DNA of 64,000 nucleotides from Amphiscolops sp. MND2022 (taxonomy: Eukaryota). The translations under genes were made by a program, and so were the position numbers. The notes under the pieces were generated by a model. It saw nothing but the letters and a program-made list of their open reading frames with translations. It ran no database searches and was not told the DNA's origin. Shown here piece after piece: positions 52,645-64,000 of the stretch; within the stretch, counting starts at the first letter, position 1; every line of letters starts with the position of its first letter. The stretch spans positions 11,286,001 through 11,350,000 of the forward strand of contig OZ076409.1 of assembly GCA_964187785.1 (NCBI GenBank), in the 5' to 3' direction.

Positions 52645-53309
52645 AAACAAGCCGGGACCGGCCCAAGTCGACGCCATATCCAAGGCTCAAAAGTAGCAAA
52701 AGGACTTCCAAGTGTCAATTTACAGTACTCGAAAATCGAAAAACCCAAAAAAGTGGACCGAGAGGGGCCACTTCTGAAATTGTCAACATTTTTGTCGCAG
52801 TTGAAGGGGGGACCCTTTGCCGAAAAAACAAATTTTCGAAAAAAAAGTCTCAATGCCGAAAAACAGAAAGGGGGCCCTTCGGGATTTTTAAACCCCCATT
52901 CTGTTGTAAAACCCTTTGGAGAGAAAAAAACTTTAGACAAAAAGTCTCACATTGCCGAAAAAAGCTGAAAAGGGGACCCCTTGGGATTTCTCAACATCCA
53001 TTCTGTCGCAAAACAGCAAAAACATTGAAGGGGGGGCCTTTGGGGAAAAAAGATTTCCGAAAAAAAGTCTCGCAGTGCCAAAAAAAATTGAACGGGGGCA
53101 CCCTTTGGTCTTGCCCGATATGGCATGTTACGCGGGAAAACAGGAAAAAACTTTTTGGTTCAGTTCGCTGGGCCAAACGGTGCAATTTGGTGCAATAATC
53201 ATTTGTAGAACTTTTAAGAACTATTTTGGTCAGTTCGTGTGGATTGAAAAAAAAAGAAAAAAAGTCACTATATTAGTCGCGTTTCACTTCATGAAGCGCC
53301 GACTAAAAA
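52645..53309 (-). mobile_element. Helentron/DINE-1-like non-autonomous element
   Basis: aaacaagccgggaccggcccaagtcgacgcc at one end and gcgccgactaaaa at the other; internal degenerate repeats. Confidence 0.7.
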
Positions 53310-53533
53310 TCTGAAGACCACAGTCTGACAGCTTTTGACGGTTTATGTCATTTTTTTGGAAACGTACTGTTATCACAATTCATTGTAGCCCTGAGTTCAC
53401 TCTAAACTTTTTCTAATTGGTGTTTTCGTCGCTACTGAACACTTTATGAGCAATTTGATAACAGCTGGAGCTTTCGGCTATACGCTATTTTTTAATCGAC
53501 GCTTTTGTAGAAAGCGACGACTATAGCCCTGGC

Positions 53534-53882
53534 TTTTAGTCGGCGCTTTTTCGTAGAAAAACGCAGACTATAGTAGTGACTTTTCTAAAGACAAACGAAG
53601 TGACAGATTTTATAAGCTTTATAAGCTAACTTGAACTAACACTAAATGCCACACTACTTCTACTGGCATTTGAGATAGAGGTTAAATAGGCTTTTTTGAG
53701 GTCCCCTTCTACATTTTTTGGCACTATGCGATTTATCGGAGACCAAAAAAATTTTGAAATGTGAATTTTTTGAATTTTTTCCTCATGCAGGTACTGTAGA
53801 AGAGAATTCTTGACAATTTGAAGTCCTATTGCTATTTTCAGGCTTATATGTGGCGCCGATTTGGGCCGTTCCCGGCTGGTTG
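53534..53882 (+). mobile_element. Helentron/DINE-1-like non-autonomous element
   Basis: ttttagtcggcgc at the 5' end; gcgccgat + hairpin gccg-ttcc-cggc + tggtt at the 3' end. Confidence 0.7.
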
Positions 53883-54407
53883 TTTTTTTAAGGCCAACGA
53901 AGAGACAAATTTTATAAGCTTTATAGGCTGTAACGTATACCGGATATAACGTTGGAGAATTTTTCAAAGCTGTAAAACGTGCTAAAGAATTTTTCAATTT
54001 TACAAAAGGGTCCCTCTTTGGATTTTCTTGGCGCAAACCCGATTTATCGCAAACCGGATATAACGTATACCGGATATAAGGTTTCTTGGAAAATTGTTCA
54101 ATGTTATTTCGACTTTGTGAGACTTTTTTCGAAAAAATTTTAATGTCCGCAAAGGGTCCCTCTTCAGTTTTTCGAAATTTTGCAGCAACATGGATGTTAA
54201 AAATCCCAAAGTATCCCCCATTTAGAATTTTTGGCACTATGAGACTGTTCAAAATTTTCATTTTTCGTTTTTTGTGGGTTATTTTTAATGCATCCAAAGG
54301 GTCCCTTCTTTTTTTTGACTTTTTGCGGAAGAATGGATGTTAAAAAACTCAAAAGCCCCCATTTTTCGGTATTATGAGATGTTAAAAACTTTAATTTTTT
54401 TGTCCGA

Positions 54408-54802
54408 TGTTAAGACTCGCGTTTGGGTCGTTGTTTTGGGTCGAATTAATTCTGACAGATTTTGTTGGAGTGTAGAAACTCCTAGTTCCATTTTCCGTTT
54501 CTTCTTCGGTGTTTTCTCATGTTATCCCCGGTTTTAGGTTTTAGCAATTTCAACATTTCCTGCGATTCTTTGAGAAGACTCTTAATTTCCGGGGTTATTT
54601 CCTCTTTCAAAGAAACCCTCAAACTCTCTTGGAGGCTATTTTCGACCCTGGGAGATTTTGGTCTTGAGGGACCCACAATGCTTACGTCCTGTTCCGAGAC
54701 ACAAGGATTTTCTACTACTATTGGTGAAACGAGACCTACACTTACACTTTCGATGCTCTCCTGTTGGTTGTTTTTCCTCATTTGGCTTCTTGTAGTTGAC
54801 AT
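54408..54802 (-). pseudogene. LTR-encoded Gag-like N-terminal ORF (~131 codons, one frameshift)
   Basis: MSTTRSQMRKNNQQ…LRVSLKEEITPEIKSLLKESQEMLKLLKPK, then after a frameshift near 54515 ENGTRSFYTPTKSVRINSTQNNDPNASLN+A to the terminal CA. Confidence 0.6.
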
Positions 54803-55839
54803 TATAAATGGAGAGATTCAATTTGAAGTTTCAATTTCAAACTGTATTTTTCAACAAAGTTGAGAATTAAGCTGAGTATTAAGACTTAATCAGAAGTCGT
54901 AACCCAACTGATTTTTACAGATGAGAAAAAACTGACTCCCTCAATCATCTAAAAGCATCATATATATACCCTCCTAGCATCATTTGATCACGAGTAAATC
55001 CTTAATTTTCTTCGAACAATAAGTCATTTTCTGTATTTTCGATGAAAAAATCATGTTGTTCCCAAATTTGCGTCGACATTTCGTCAAATTTTGAGACACG
55101 ACAATTTTAATCCAGGTATTAGTTATCAACCATCATTATATCATTTCATTCCGGCGTCCTTTTGTTTCCTCCCAAGCAGGAAGTAGATAGTACTTCAGTC
55201 TGTCAAACCGGGAATGATTCCCTGTTTTACCGCGTTGGTTCGTAGTAAAATTGACGCGGAAATGACGCTGACTTGAACAACTAATACTTGATTTTGAGTT
55301 TTTACTTGGACAAGTGCTATGACTAATTCTTGAAATATCATCATTTGAACGATGCTAGGAAAATATTGTGAATAGATTGCAAAGATGGATATTGGATAAG
55401 GGACTAAATAACATTAACAAACATCAACATATAAGTCAACGCATCAGTGGCATTTTTGGTCTGTCGCGACAATTGCAACAAGTCTACAAATTAGAGAGCA
55501 TCACATTCAATCAACCGCACCTTTTGGTGATGATTTACAATAATTTTACGAGTTAAGTAACAACATGTTCGCGCAAATATAATCAAAGTTGAGGTTTTGG
55601 AGCATGCATTTAAAAGATTATGTATAAAGGTACAAGCATATGAAATTATGTCTCTAGTATAAAATACATTTAGCTTGTTTCAGCTTCAATAATAAGCTGT
55701 GACTTTCACTCATATTCTACGGAGAATTTCATTTAATATATTTCTAGAACCCTTTTAGATTAATAAAAACTTGTCTGGCGGAAGGTTGACGCAATTTCCA
55801 AATTCTATTTCCCTAGTTAGATTAAGCGTACTTTAAACA

Positions 55840-56276
55840 CATTACTATACATATGCCGCAACGAACTAGCAAGATTTGCAAGTTCGATTAACAGCCAATA
55901 AAAACGCGTTATTATTTCAAATACGCGTTACGTGTTTTGCTCGATACACTGTGTGATTTGGCGTTACGCGTAGTGATCAAAATGCAGTAATCTCTACAAT
56001 TACGCACTTTGACTGGTTTCCACTTCACACACGAATGGAAGCGTCGTTTAGAGTCATTCTTACTCACGGTGTATACCAAAATTCTTTACTGGTTTCCACT
56101 TTTCTCTCTAATTACGTTCAATGGTCACAATCCGCAATTTCTGATTACACTGTGCATCACAATTCGCGATGAACACGATGCACTTTTTGACTAGAATACG
56201 GTTCGCTCTCGTTTCACAGAAAATACACTTTACACTTGGTGATAAATTCCACTTTTGCGGCATATGTATCGTAATG
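55840..56276. mobile_element. Short (437-bp) form of the 33070-34443 TIR element
   Basis: TIR cattac.atacatatgccgcaa / ttgcggcatatgtatcgtaatg, 2-bp TSD CA; both arms are homologous to the long form. Confidence 0.85.
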
Positions 56277-57600
56277 CACATTGTTTGAACCCGATTCACC
56301 GGCAAAGTATTCATCTCGAGATTTTAGGTGGATTCGAATAGCTATTTTGATGAATTTGTGACGTAGTGTTGACCATTTTTTGCAAACATTTTGGCAGATT
56401 TACTCCTTTCATCTAATTTCATAAACTTGTCAACGTTATTTTGACAAGTTTTCTTTGCAGAATTAAGATTTTGACTAGTTTGACGCAATGCTGACGAGTA
56501 TTTAGAACGAACTAGTAGCTAGTTGCCAAGGCCGTGTCGTCACACTGACGGACAATTGGAATGATTTCTGATATGACCGTTGGTTCAGTGACGTACCACA
56601 GGCGGTTAATCGGAATGACTTCATGCTATGCATAGTCGGAGTTGTGACGTCACATCATTATTTCCAAAACTTGTCTACGTCTTATTGACGACAAATGTAC
56701 ATGAATGATTATTCTTACTGCTGCCTTGTTTACTTAGCGCAATATCGTCGTTCTAAATCACACTAATTGCTGCTCAAACGCAATTAACTAGCCTTATTTT
56801 GGCGAGGAGTAAATTCTTAACGTGTATTTCAATGCGGTTTTCATTTTAGATCTAGGTATGCGCTCTTTTTAGAGATAATTTCGTATCTGTTTTCCATTTA
56901 GATAAATAAGTCTATGATTTCGAACCTGAGACGCAGTTTTGGTTCAATTTTCAGGTACCGGATGTTCCTTTTTTGACATGACAAAAACGTCATGCCGGAA
57001 ATGGGTGAAATCATTTAATTTCCTGTCTTCATTTCCGTTTAAGATTTGCGCAACATAGACGTATATTTTGTATTTTCAGTCACAGTTTAATTTAAATGCG
57101 AGCACTAATGATTGGAGTTAAAAGTTAAAATACCATTTGGGGAATCGCAGGCTGTTGCCGTGTCCTCTCCATGTTCCGATGCGTTTGCAGCAACATCCCA
57201 GACCGGGAGCGGGCTGTGACATCTGATACTAGATTTTCTCAATTTAGGTTTTCTCTCAAATCCAATATATTTTTTCAAAACTATCTGATTTTTTAAGTCC
57301 GTTGTTTTTTACAAGAAATCAAAAGCTTTGAGAGCATAGAGGACTCCCCATGGTTTTCGGCACAGTTGCGATTTATAGGAGGCATTTTTGTTTTTTTAAA
57401 AAAAGAAAAAAATCCCAATTTTTTGTTTTTTGAGGTTTTTGACTGAGCAAGATGGGTTTTTTGCTGTTGCCAGTTGTGGAAAAAGTAGATTTCGAGCCTT
57501 ATGCAAATCCCTTCGGGTATTCGTTGGTACTGTAAAATTGTAAAAGTTCCACAATTGTAAAAGTTCCACATGCAAGTGTCCTCATGCATATTTAAAATAC

Positions 57601-57793
57601 GGATCTTTTCTGTTAATCCCCCCAACCAATTCAATTCCCCCCCTGTTAAGCGGTCAAGAGAAATTATCATTGAATTAATAGTAACAACCAATCAAATTGC
57701 AGCATTTTATAACTCCAACTGAAATTCATTGCTGATAGTGGCAGGGAATGGAAATTTCCGCGCTTACTGTGGGGGAATTAACAGAAAAGATCC
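57601..57793. mobile_element. 193-bp MITE with GG…CC termini and 8-bp TSD (Merlin- or hAT-like)
   Basis: TIR ggatcttttctgttaat / attaacagaaaagatcc; flanks taaaatac / taaaaaac. Confidence 0.8.
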
Positions 57794-58923
57794 TAAAAAA
57801 CGTTCACTTTTTTGAACCTTGAGCGGCGCGCCGACTTGGACCGTTCCCGGCTTGTTGTGTGTGCAAAAGACCTATCTTCATTTTCTGTTGAAACTCTCCA
57901 AAGTTATTTTTTGCCAAAAACGTCAGTTAGAAATCCCAGAGATACAAGAAAAAGCCATTAAATGATCTATTTTCAAAATCAGCATCAAGATTTTCGACCT
58001 TGATTGTGAAGATGCTAGCTATTGTTTGAAATCACAGTCATCAAAAAACTTTTAGAAAATTATTGAATTGTAAAACAAAGAAGACCGTTAGTATTTTTTT
58101 CAATCTCTCAGGAGGCTTTGTTTTCTTGAAAATGCTTCAAAAATGAGATATTCAGACATCTTTCATCACTAAAATGATGATTGTAATGGAAAAAGCGTCA
58201 ACTAGCTTTGTGGGATTTTTCAGCAAGTGACTCTTTAGACTGAAAAGATTATTAAAAGAGCAATACGACGTTCATTGTAATTTGGATGAAATCGAAAGGA
58301 ACAATGGTCACTTCAAACTAAAAAGTGAGTCTCAAGTGAGCTGTCAATCAAAAAACGGGAACCGCATTTTGACTGTCAGTTTTTACAAATCATTCCTCCA
58401 TGTTCGTAACTCGTTGCCAAAAACACCAAGACTTCTTGATTTACGTTCAGAATACCTGCCATGCCTATATGGCGTGCTCCTCGAAACACGCTGTGATTGA
58501 AAAGCCACTAAATGATTATTAGAAAGATTTTGAAATCTTGTGGACAAAATGTTTGCATTGTCAATTTTGCGAGCTTTTAGTTTACCTTTTTGTGGTTCGC
58601 CTATCACTAAGTGACCCCCTAAAAGCGGAACACGTTTTTTGTTGAAGTTCAGTGAAGAGAATACAGACAATTTATATAATTAGTCTACCGTATTGTCTAC
58701 CATTTGTACTTTTTATATACCAACCTATGATGCTCTTTTATTAAATACCTGCCACTTTAGTGCAGATGATATTCCATCATAGAGAATTGGTAATGAACTA
58801 GAATACAGTTGATTTTATATGAAAACATCTCTTCGATATCGATGAGCTAGAATACAACATGGGGCAGTCAGAATAGACCCGAAGCTATACACGAGCCACC
58901 CAAAACAACAGACACCATTCACT

Positions 58924-59839
58924 ATGGAAGAAAATACGAGAGACGGAAAAAGCACATAGATGTCAACGGGAACGCAGCAAGCTGGACAAGTACTACCGAA
59001 CGAGACAATGAACAGGATGATTGACCGGACCTGCACCCAAAAGCTCACCATTCCCACGCTAGAAAAGCAAGATCAAGCCAATGCAAGTATGTGGTGGAGA
59101 AAATTCGTCCAATACATAAAGATGACGAAGGAAATAGATTTGTCAACTATGACAAACAGTAAAGAGATCTTACCACAATACTGTGATCAACTTGAAACAG
59201 ATATAAAAGACATTTTTATCTGGGCAATCGGAAAATATGCTATCACGGAAATGACAAAGACGGTCGGGGAAAGAGAACCGAGCTCACTACCACTATACAA
59301 ACTTTACACACTTTTCAGACTACATTTCACACCAGAAAGAAACGTACACCACAGCAGAACCGATTTCTTCGACTTAAAACGGGAAGACGGCGAAACTGCA
59401 GCACGCGTATGGAAACGGATAATGGATGTAGAAAAGAACTGCGAGTTCGAAACAATTACCGCAGCAGAACTCTTAGCATCAAAATTTTTGTCACTTATCG
59501 GTAAATCAACCGGTGATTACGATTTAAAAAAGAAAATCAGAAAAAGTGACATGTCTGTAGAAGCCATAACTGACGCAATACATGAGTACATGAAAAATTG
59601 AACGACTCACCCGAAACAGAAGAAAAAAAGAAAATCCGGTACGTAAATAAAAAACGAAAGCTACATAGGAACAACCAGAAAAACCGGCAAAATTCAAAAA
59701 AATTGACTGTAACCGTTGCGGAGCACCGAACTGGTCACGTCAACACGAATGTCCCGCCAGAGGAAAGAAATGCGCAAAGTGTGGTAAAATTGGCCACTTT
59801 GCCAAATGCTGCCGCACAAATAGAAAAGAGAACCACTTA
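58924..59839 (+). pseudogene. gag: Gag with double Zn knuckle (stop and frameshifts)
   Basis: ORF 58960-59601, plus CNRCGAPNWSRQHECPARGKKCAKCGKIGHFAKCC at 59708 in the pol frame. Confidence 0.88.
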
Positions 59840-61471
59840 ATGGAAGTCAAAACAAGCAGTGCCGGTGAAGATGACTGGACACCGAAAACAATCCATTCAG
59901 TGAAACAAAAAATATGTTCAACCCGGCCAACGAATAACAATGGACCGGAATTCTTCACAGTCACCGCCGTGGTCAACAACCGACCAATCAAAATTATTAT
60001 AGATAGCGGTTCCCCAGTAACGCTGATATCAAAATCACAATTAAATAAAATAACACCGTTACGCCCTCCAGAAACGGAATACAGGGACGTAAATTACAAC
60101 CGGATACGATTCGAAGGGAAAACAACCGCGAAAGTAGAAATCAACGGAACCCGTAAAGAACTAGAACTCTTAATTACAACGAAAAAAACAAATGCCCTTC
60201 TCGGACTGGATTGGATGGAAAAACTGGGGATAACACTAGAGACCGGTAAAACCGCTCCACAAACACACCAAATAAAAGGAGACCCGGATGTTACGAAATT
60301 GAAAACGAATTTCAAAAAACTGTTCAACGAAAATCATACAGTAAACGGACTAGAAGTGAAAATACAACTGAAAGAAGACGCGAAATTGATACAGCAGAAA
60401 ACAAGACCCATACCGATACACTTACAGCAATCGGTGGAAAAAGAAATAGAAAAGCTAATAAAACAAGGCCATATTGAAAAGGCCAATAACATCGACGAGA
60501 ATTGCTTTGTGAGCCCAGCAGTTATTACGGTAAAGAAAGATAAGTCTGTAAAATTTGCATTAGACTCAAGAAAACTCAACGAAATAACCGTAAAACGAAA
60601 AGCGCAAATGCCGAACATGGAGGAATTAATTTCAAGAATATCGAGAAAAATAGCAGATGGCCCAGCGGATGAAATCTGGATTTCCAAATTCGATTTAGAC
60701 TACGCCTACGGTCAGCTAATACTCTCGAGAGCAGCCAGAAACCTGTGCACATTCGCCGTGACCGGGGGAAATTTCACCGCTTACTACCGCTTCCTCAAGG
60801 GATTTTACGGGTTAGCTGATAAGAGACCGGCAACACTCAAGCCCCCACCAACCCCACCGGGAGGAACGAGCAATACCGGTCCACTCACCATTACCGCCGC
60901 CAACATGACAGACACGGAGATCGACCGTGCTATTGAGGACGCTAGACAAGCGAACGATGAGCTTTTTATCAGGGATGATAACGGTAAGGTGTTTGAAAAT
61001 CTTACTTCCTTCCCTAAAACGGGGGAAGAGAACAACTTTGAAAATTCAGAATTAGACCTGGCCAGCAATCTGAGTTCTAGCACCGAATTAGAAGCAGATA
61101 TTAAACACGGCGAAGAAAAAACAATACGCAGATCAAAAAGGCTACCAAAAACTAACCCCATTATTAGATATAATAATCCAATATGTCATGATTACAGGAA
61201 ACACCGTCGAAAGGCTAAACTCGGAAGTACCGAACCAAATGGAAATAGAGACGAACAGCCCCAACTAAACCGAACAACGGATAACAGATTGACATCACGG
61301 GCTAACAATCACCGTGACAACCACAAAAGCGAGGATCGGTTATCCGTCCATAAACAACTGGACCATTGGAGGAACTACCGCCATACAGTAGAAGAACAGT
61401 ACCCCATTGGCCGAACAACAGCCAATAGTGAGAGGGGGAATGAAGAGAATACAGATAATTTATATAATTAG
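59840..61471 (+). pseudogene. pol: Pol: aspartic protease and RT N-half fused in frame to the C-terminal tail
   Basis: IIDSGSPVTLI; SPAVITVKKDKSVKFALDSRKLN; SKFDLDYAYGQL; YRFLKGFYGLAD, then an abrupt switch to a low-complexity tail. YxDD, RNase H and integrase are absent. Confidence 0.93.
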
Positions 61472-62711
61472 TCCACCGTATTGTCTACCATTTGTACTTT
61501 TTATATACCAACCTATGATGCTCTTTTATTGAATACCTGCCACTTTAGTGCAGATGATATTCCATCATAGAGAATTGGTAATAAACTAGAATACAGTTGA
61601 GTTTATATGAAAACATCTCTTCGATATCGATGAGCTAGAATACAACATTCAGAATCAAATATGAGTGAAAAAAAAACAAAGATCCCTTTCAAAACGAAGA
61701 ATGATTCTGAGCTGGAATGACGATTGTTTGCTTCAAATTCAATTTACCAAATTCAATTCAGTCAAATCTATCTGTTCTTTTCGTTAATTTGCGAACTTTT
61801 TACGTGTGCCGTTTCTTGGGGGTTACCTCGTGAAAAAAATTCAACCTGGGAATATGATCGTCTGTCAAAAACAAGCTAAACGCTTCCCAAATTTGAATCA
61901 TCCGAAATGTACTTACAAACACCAACCGTTGACTCGTAAAGGGCAGTACAGGTGAATATGTGATTGACCAAAATCATTTTCGAAGGCAACATCAGGCATA
62001 TTTACCATATACTTTGACCTTGAATCCAAAAAATGTTGAGCAAAATACACCTTCGTTCACGGACGGTCTAAATATACCTTTCGCACGTTACGATAGACAA
62101 CTCACTTCAAGGTTACAGCTCGTTCCGAAATAAAATCATGTTAGTTTATTCATATTTAGTTGTTGATTTTGAGAGGAATTTTAAAGTAATACGTGTACCG
62201 TTTTGGCGTGTCGCCTCAGAGTGGTAATGTAGTTTGAACTACACGAAAAATTTACTTGTTTTCGAAGATCGCTCGCAACTTTTATGACTTTCTAAAACTC
62301 CTACAGAACCTTTCAAAACTTTCGAGCAAAAAAACGTTCCTATTCTTTATTCGACTCCATTTTTTGGTTGCGTTTTCAAGCCCTGACGCTTTGCCGGTTT
62401 TCCTATGAATCAGAGCATTTCAAATCCAGCTAAGGAACTTCAAGTTTACCGCCATTTTATTGCACTGCAACTTTGAACAGCCAAGTTTTGAACCATGCGC
62501 CGCCTTTAGCGTGCTTTTGGAGAAGTGTTGAGTACATCAGATGATTAGTTGCGAAATCAAAGTGCGAATACCACGTAAAGAAAGAGAATTTTATTTCAGT
62601 GGCATTAACAGAATCTGCAATAAAAATCTACAAAATTTACCGCTGGAAACTTTCAGCAAGCATGTTCTATGTTTTTTAACACAATAAACTGGAGCGTGTT
62701 ATAAGTTTCAG

Positions 62712-63147
62712 GGTGTCAGGACATTTCATCCTATGCACTTTCAACCTATGCATTTTCAACCGCTCACAATTTCAACCTATTGCATTTTCAACGTTCGCAA
62801 TTTCGACCTAAACTGGTTTTCGGTAATGGATCCTAATTAGTTACATAATTAGTTTGGTGGTTTTAACTTTCATACATTTCTAAATTCAAATGTGCTAGTT
62901 TTTACGCCAGTTTCGATACGTTTTGGCTTCTTCATGAATAATTACAATTAGTTAAGGCTGTTTGATTCATTAGTAATTATTACACTGAAAGAATAGCTCA
63001 ACCGAATCAAGACTACATAGCCAAAATTAGTTTAGGTTGAAACGGCGGACGGTTGAAAATGCAATAGGTTGAAATTGTGAGTGGTTGAAATGGCAACAGT
63101 TCAAAGTGCATAGGTTGAAAGTGCATAGGACGAAATGTCATGTAACC
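62712..63147. mobile_element. MULE/Foldback-like MITE with ~100-bp modular TIRs
   Basis: GG…CC ends; arms built of 15-16-bp tttcaacc units in inverted orientation; 9-bp TSD aagtttcag / aaatttcag. Confidence 0.85.
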
Positions 63148-64000
63148 AAATTTCAGGAGTCTTGACTAAGATAGTTTACTGGGCGTACATGTGGTTCATA
63201 TTACCCAGCAAGACTCACATAATTCAAAAATTCTGAAAACAGACTGCGTCACCAATCTCATGTGGCGAATGGTGGGACGTGCAATCATCGAATGGAAACA
63301 GCCCAGATCGAAACTGCTGAAACTTTTACTCCATGACAACTTCGGTATGAGTTTTTGAGAAACGTGATAAAAAAGTCGCTGACAACTTGACGAAGAAGTA
63401 ACAAGTCAGGAACGACAAAATACTTCAAGTACCTCAAAGCTTCAAAAACTGTTTCTGAGCATGTTTCGATTTCAGAGTGATAACTGGAACAAAAAAGTTG
63501 AAATTTTTGTTTCTTCAAAGAACCTAAACGTTAAAAAAACTATTAGCGTGAAAAGGGGTGTCGAGATGTCGGACCATGTGATCTATTTCCCCCAGGTACA
63601 CCTTGTTAGAAATTCCCCCCCCCCAAAAAAAAAAAAAAACGAAAACGGCTTTTTCACAAGTATATTAATTATTGAATGAATAAAACAAGTTGATATGCTT
63701 ACAAATATTAACAAACGCGTGAATTTAAACTTCGTGGCAAAAGACCCAAATTTTTTAAATGTTGAATGCAAAGTTCGTAGTTTTGTAAATATGGAAGTAT
63801 GTCCGTTTGGAAGCACATTTCAAAGAATAATGATTGATTTTAGCTGTGAATCAATGTAAAAGATATGATTATGTCGACATCAATTATTTTATTGGACTAA
63901 AATTTCAACGCAACGATTTCGACATAATGATATTTGACTATTTAAAATGTTATGTCGACATAATTAATTCGTTTAAAACTAGTATTTGAACCTACTGTAT

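Larger units (their letters stand above)
54408..57221 (-). mobile_element. Solo giant LTR (~2.4 kb excluding a nested MITE)
   Basis: TGT…ACA termini and a 5-bp TSD with one mismatch (tccga 54403-54407 / tctga 57222-57226). It splits a host repeat. TATA-like run at ~54960-54968 upstream of ATG 54802. Confidence 0.75.
58653..61647 (+). mobile_element. Young, internally deleted Gypsy (Mag-like) LTR retrotransposon
   Basis: 207-bp LTRs at 58653-58859 and 61441-61647 (TG…CA; 5 differences counted), perfect TSD TTCAG, PBS TGGGGCAG at 58860, PPT GAGAGGGGGAA at 61430-61440. Confidence 0.97.

Noticed and set aside
52561..54343. ORFs of 100-223 aa (52561, 52952, 53626)
   Set aside because: K/F-biased translations of A/T-run-rich repeats that cross element boundaries, with no motifs.
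63858..63970. Repeated atgtcgacat palindromes
   Set aside because: Probably the start of another MITE cut by the window edge; too little sequence to define.

Overview
AT-rich, repeat-saturated eukaryotic (animal-like) DNA with one 200-N gap (18338-18537). The only clearly intact host gene is a two-exon methionine sulfoxide reductase B (minus strand, 32593-32349 and 31068-30867) with unusual active-site residues. The rest is a stack of mobile DNA. (1) A 12.9-kb composite Gypsy LTR insertion (1860-14763) has an internally deleted pol, multi-kb LTRs and an intron-containing zinc-finger gene antisense to pol. (2) A decayed Polinton/adintovirus-like element (~21.3-30.1 kb) retains integrase, minor capsid, core protein, major capsid, protease and protein-primed PolB remnants. 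(3) There are two short-LTR Gypsy elements (34727-38927, old; 58653-61647, young, with TSD), a 6-kb LTR element lacking recognisable gag/pol (43343-49371) and a solo giant LTR (54408-57221). (4) Also present are Helentron/DINE-like non-autonomous elements, several MITE families, LINE RT scraps and three near-identical tandem duplications with junction microhomology. The most unusual signal is that three different giant LTRs each hold an ATG plus about 110-220 codons that run to the terminal CA in the same phase, so the Gag-like ORF appears to start inside the LTR and read through the primer-binding site. All protein assignments come from motif recognition by eye; no database searches were run.
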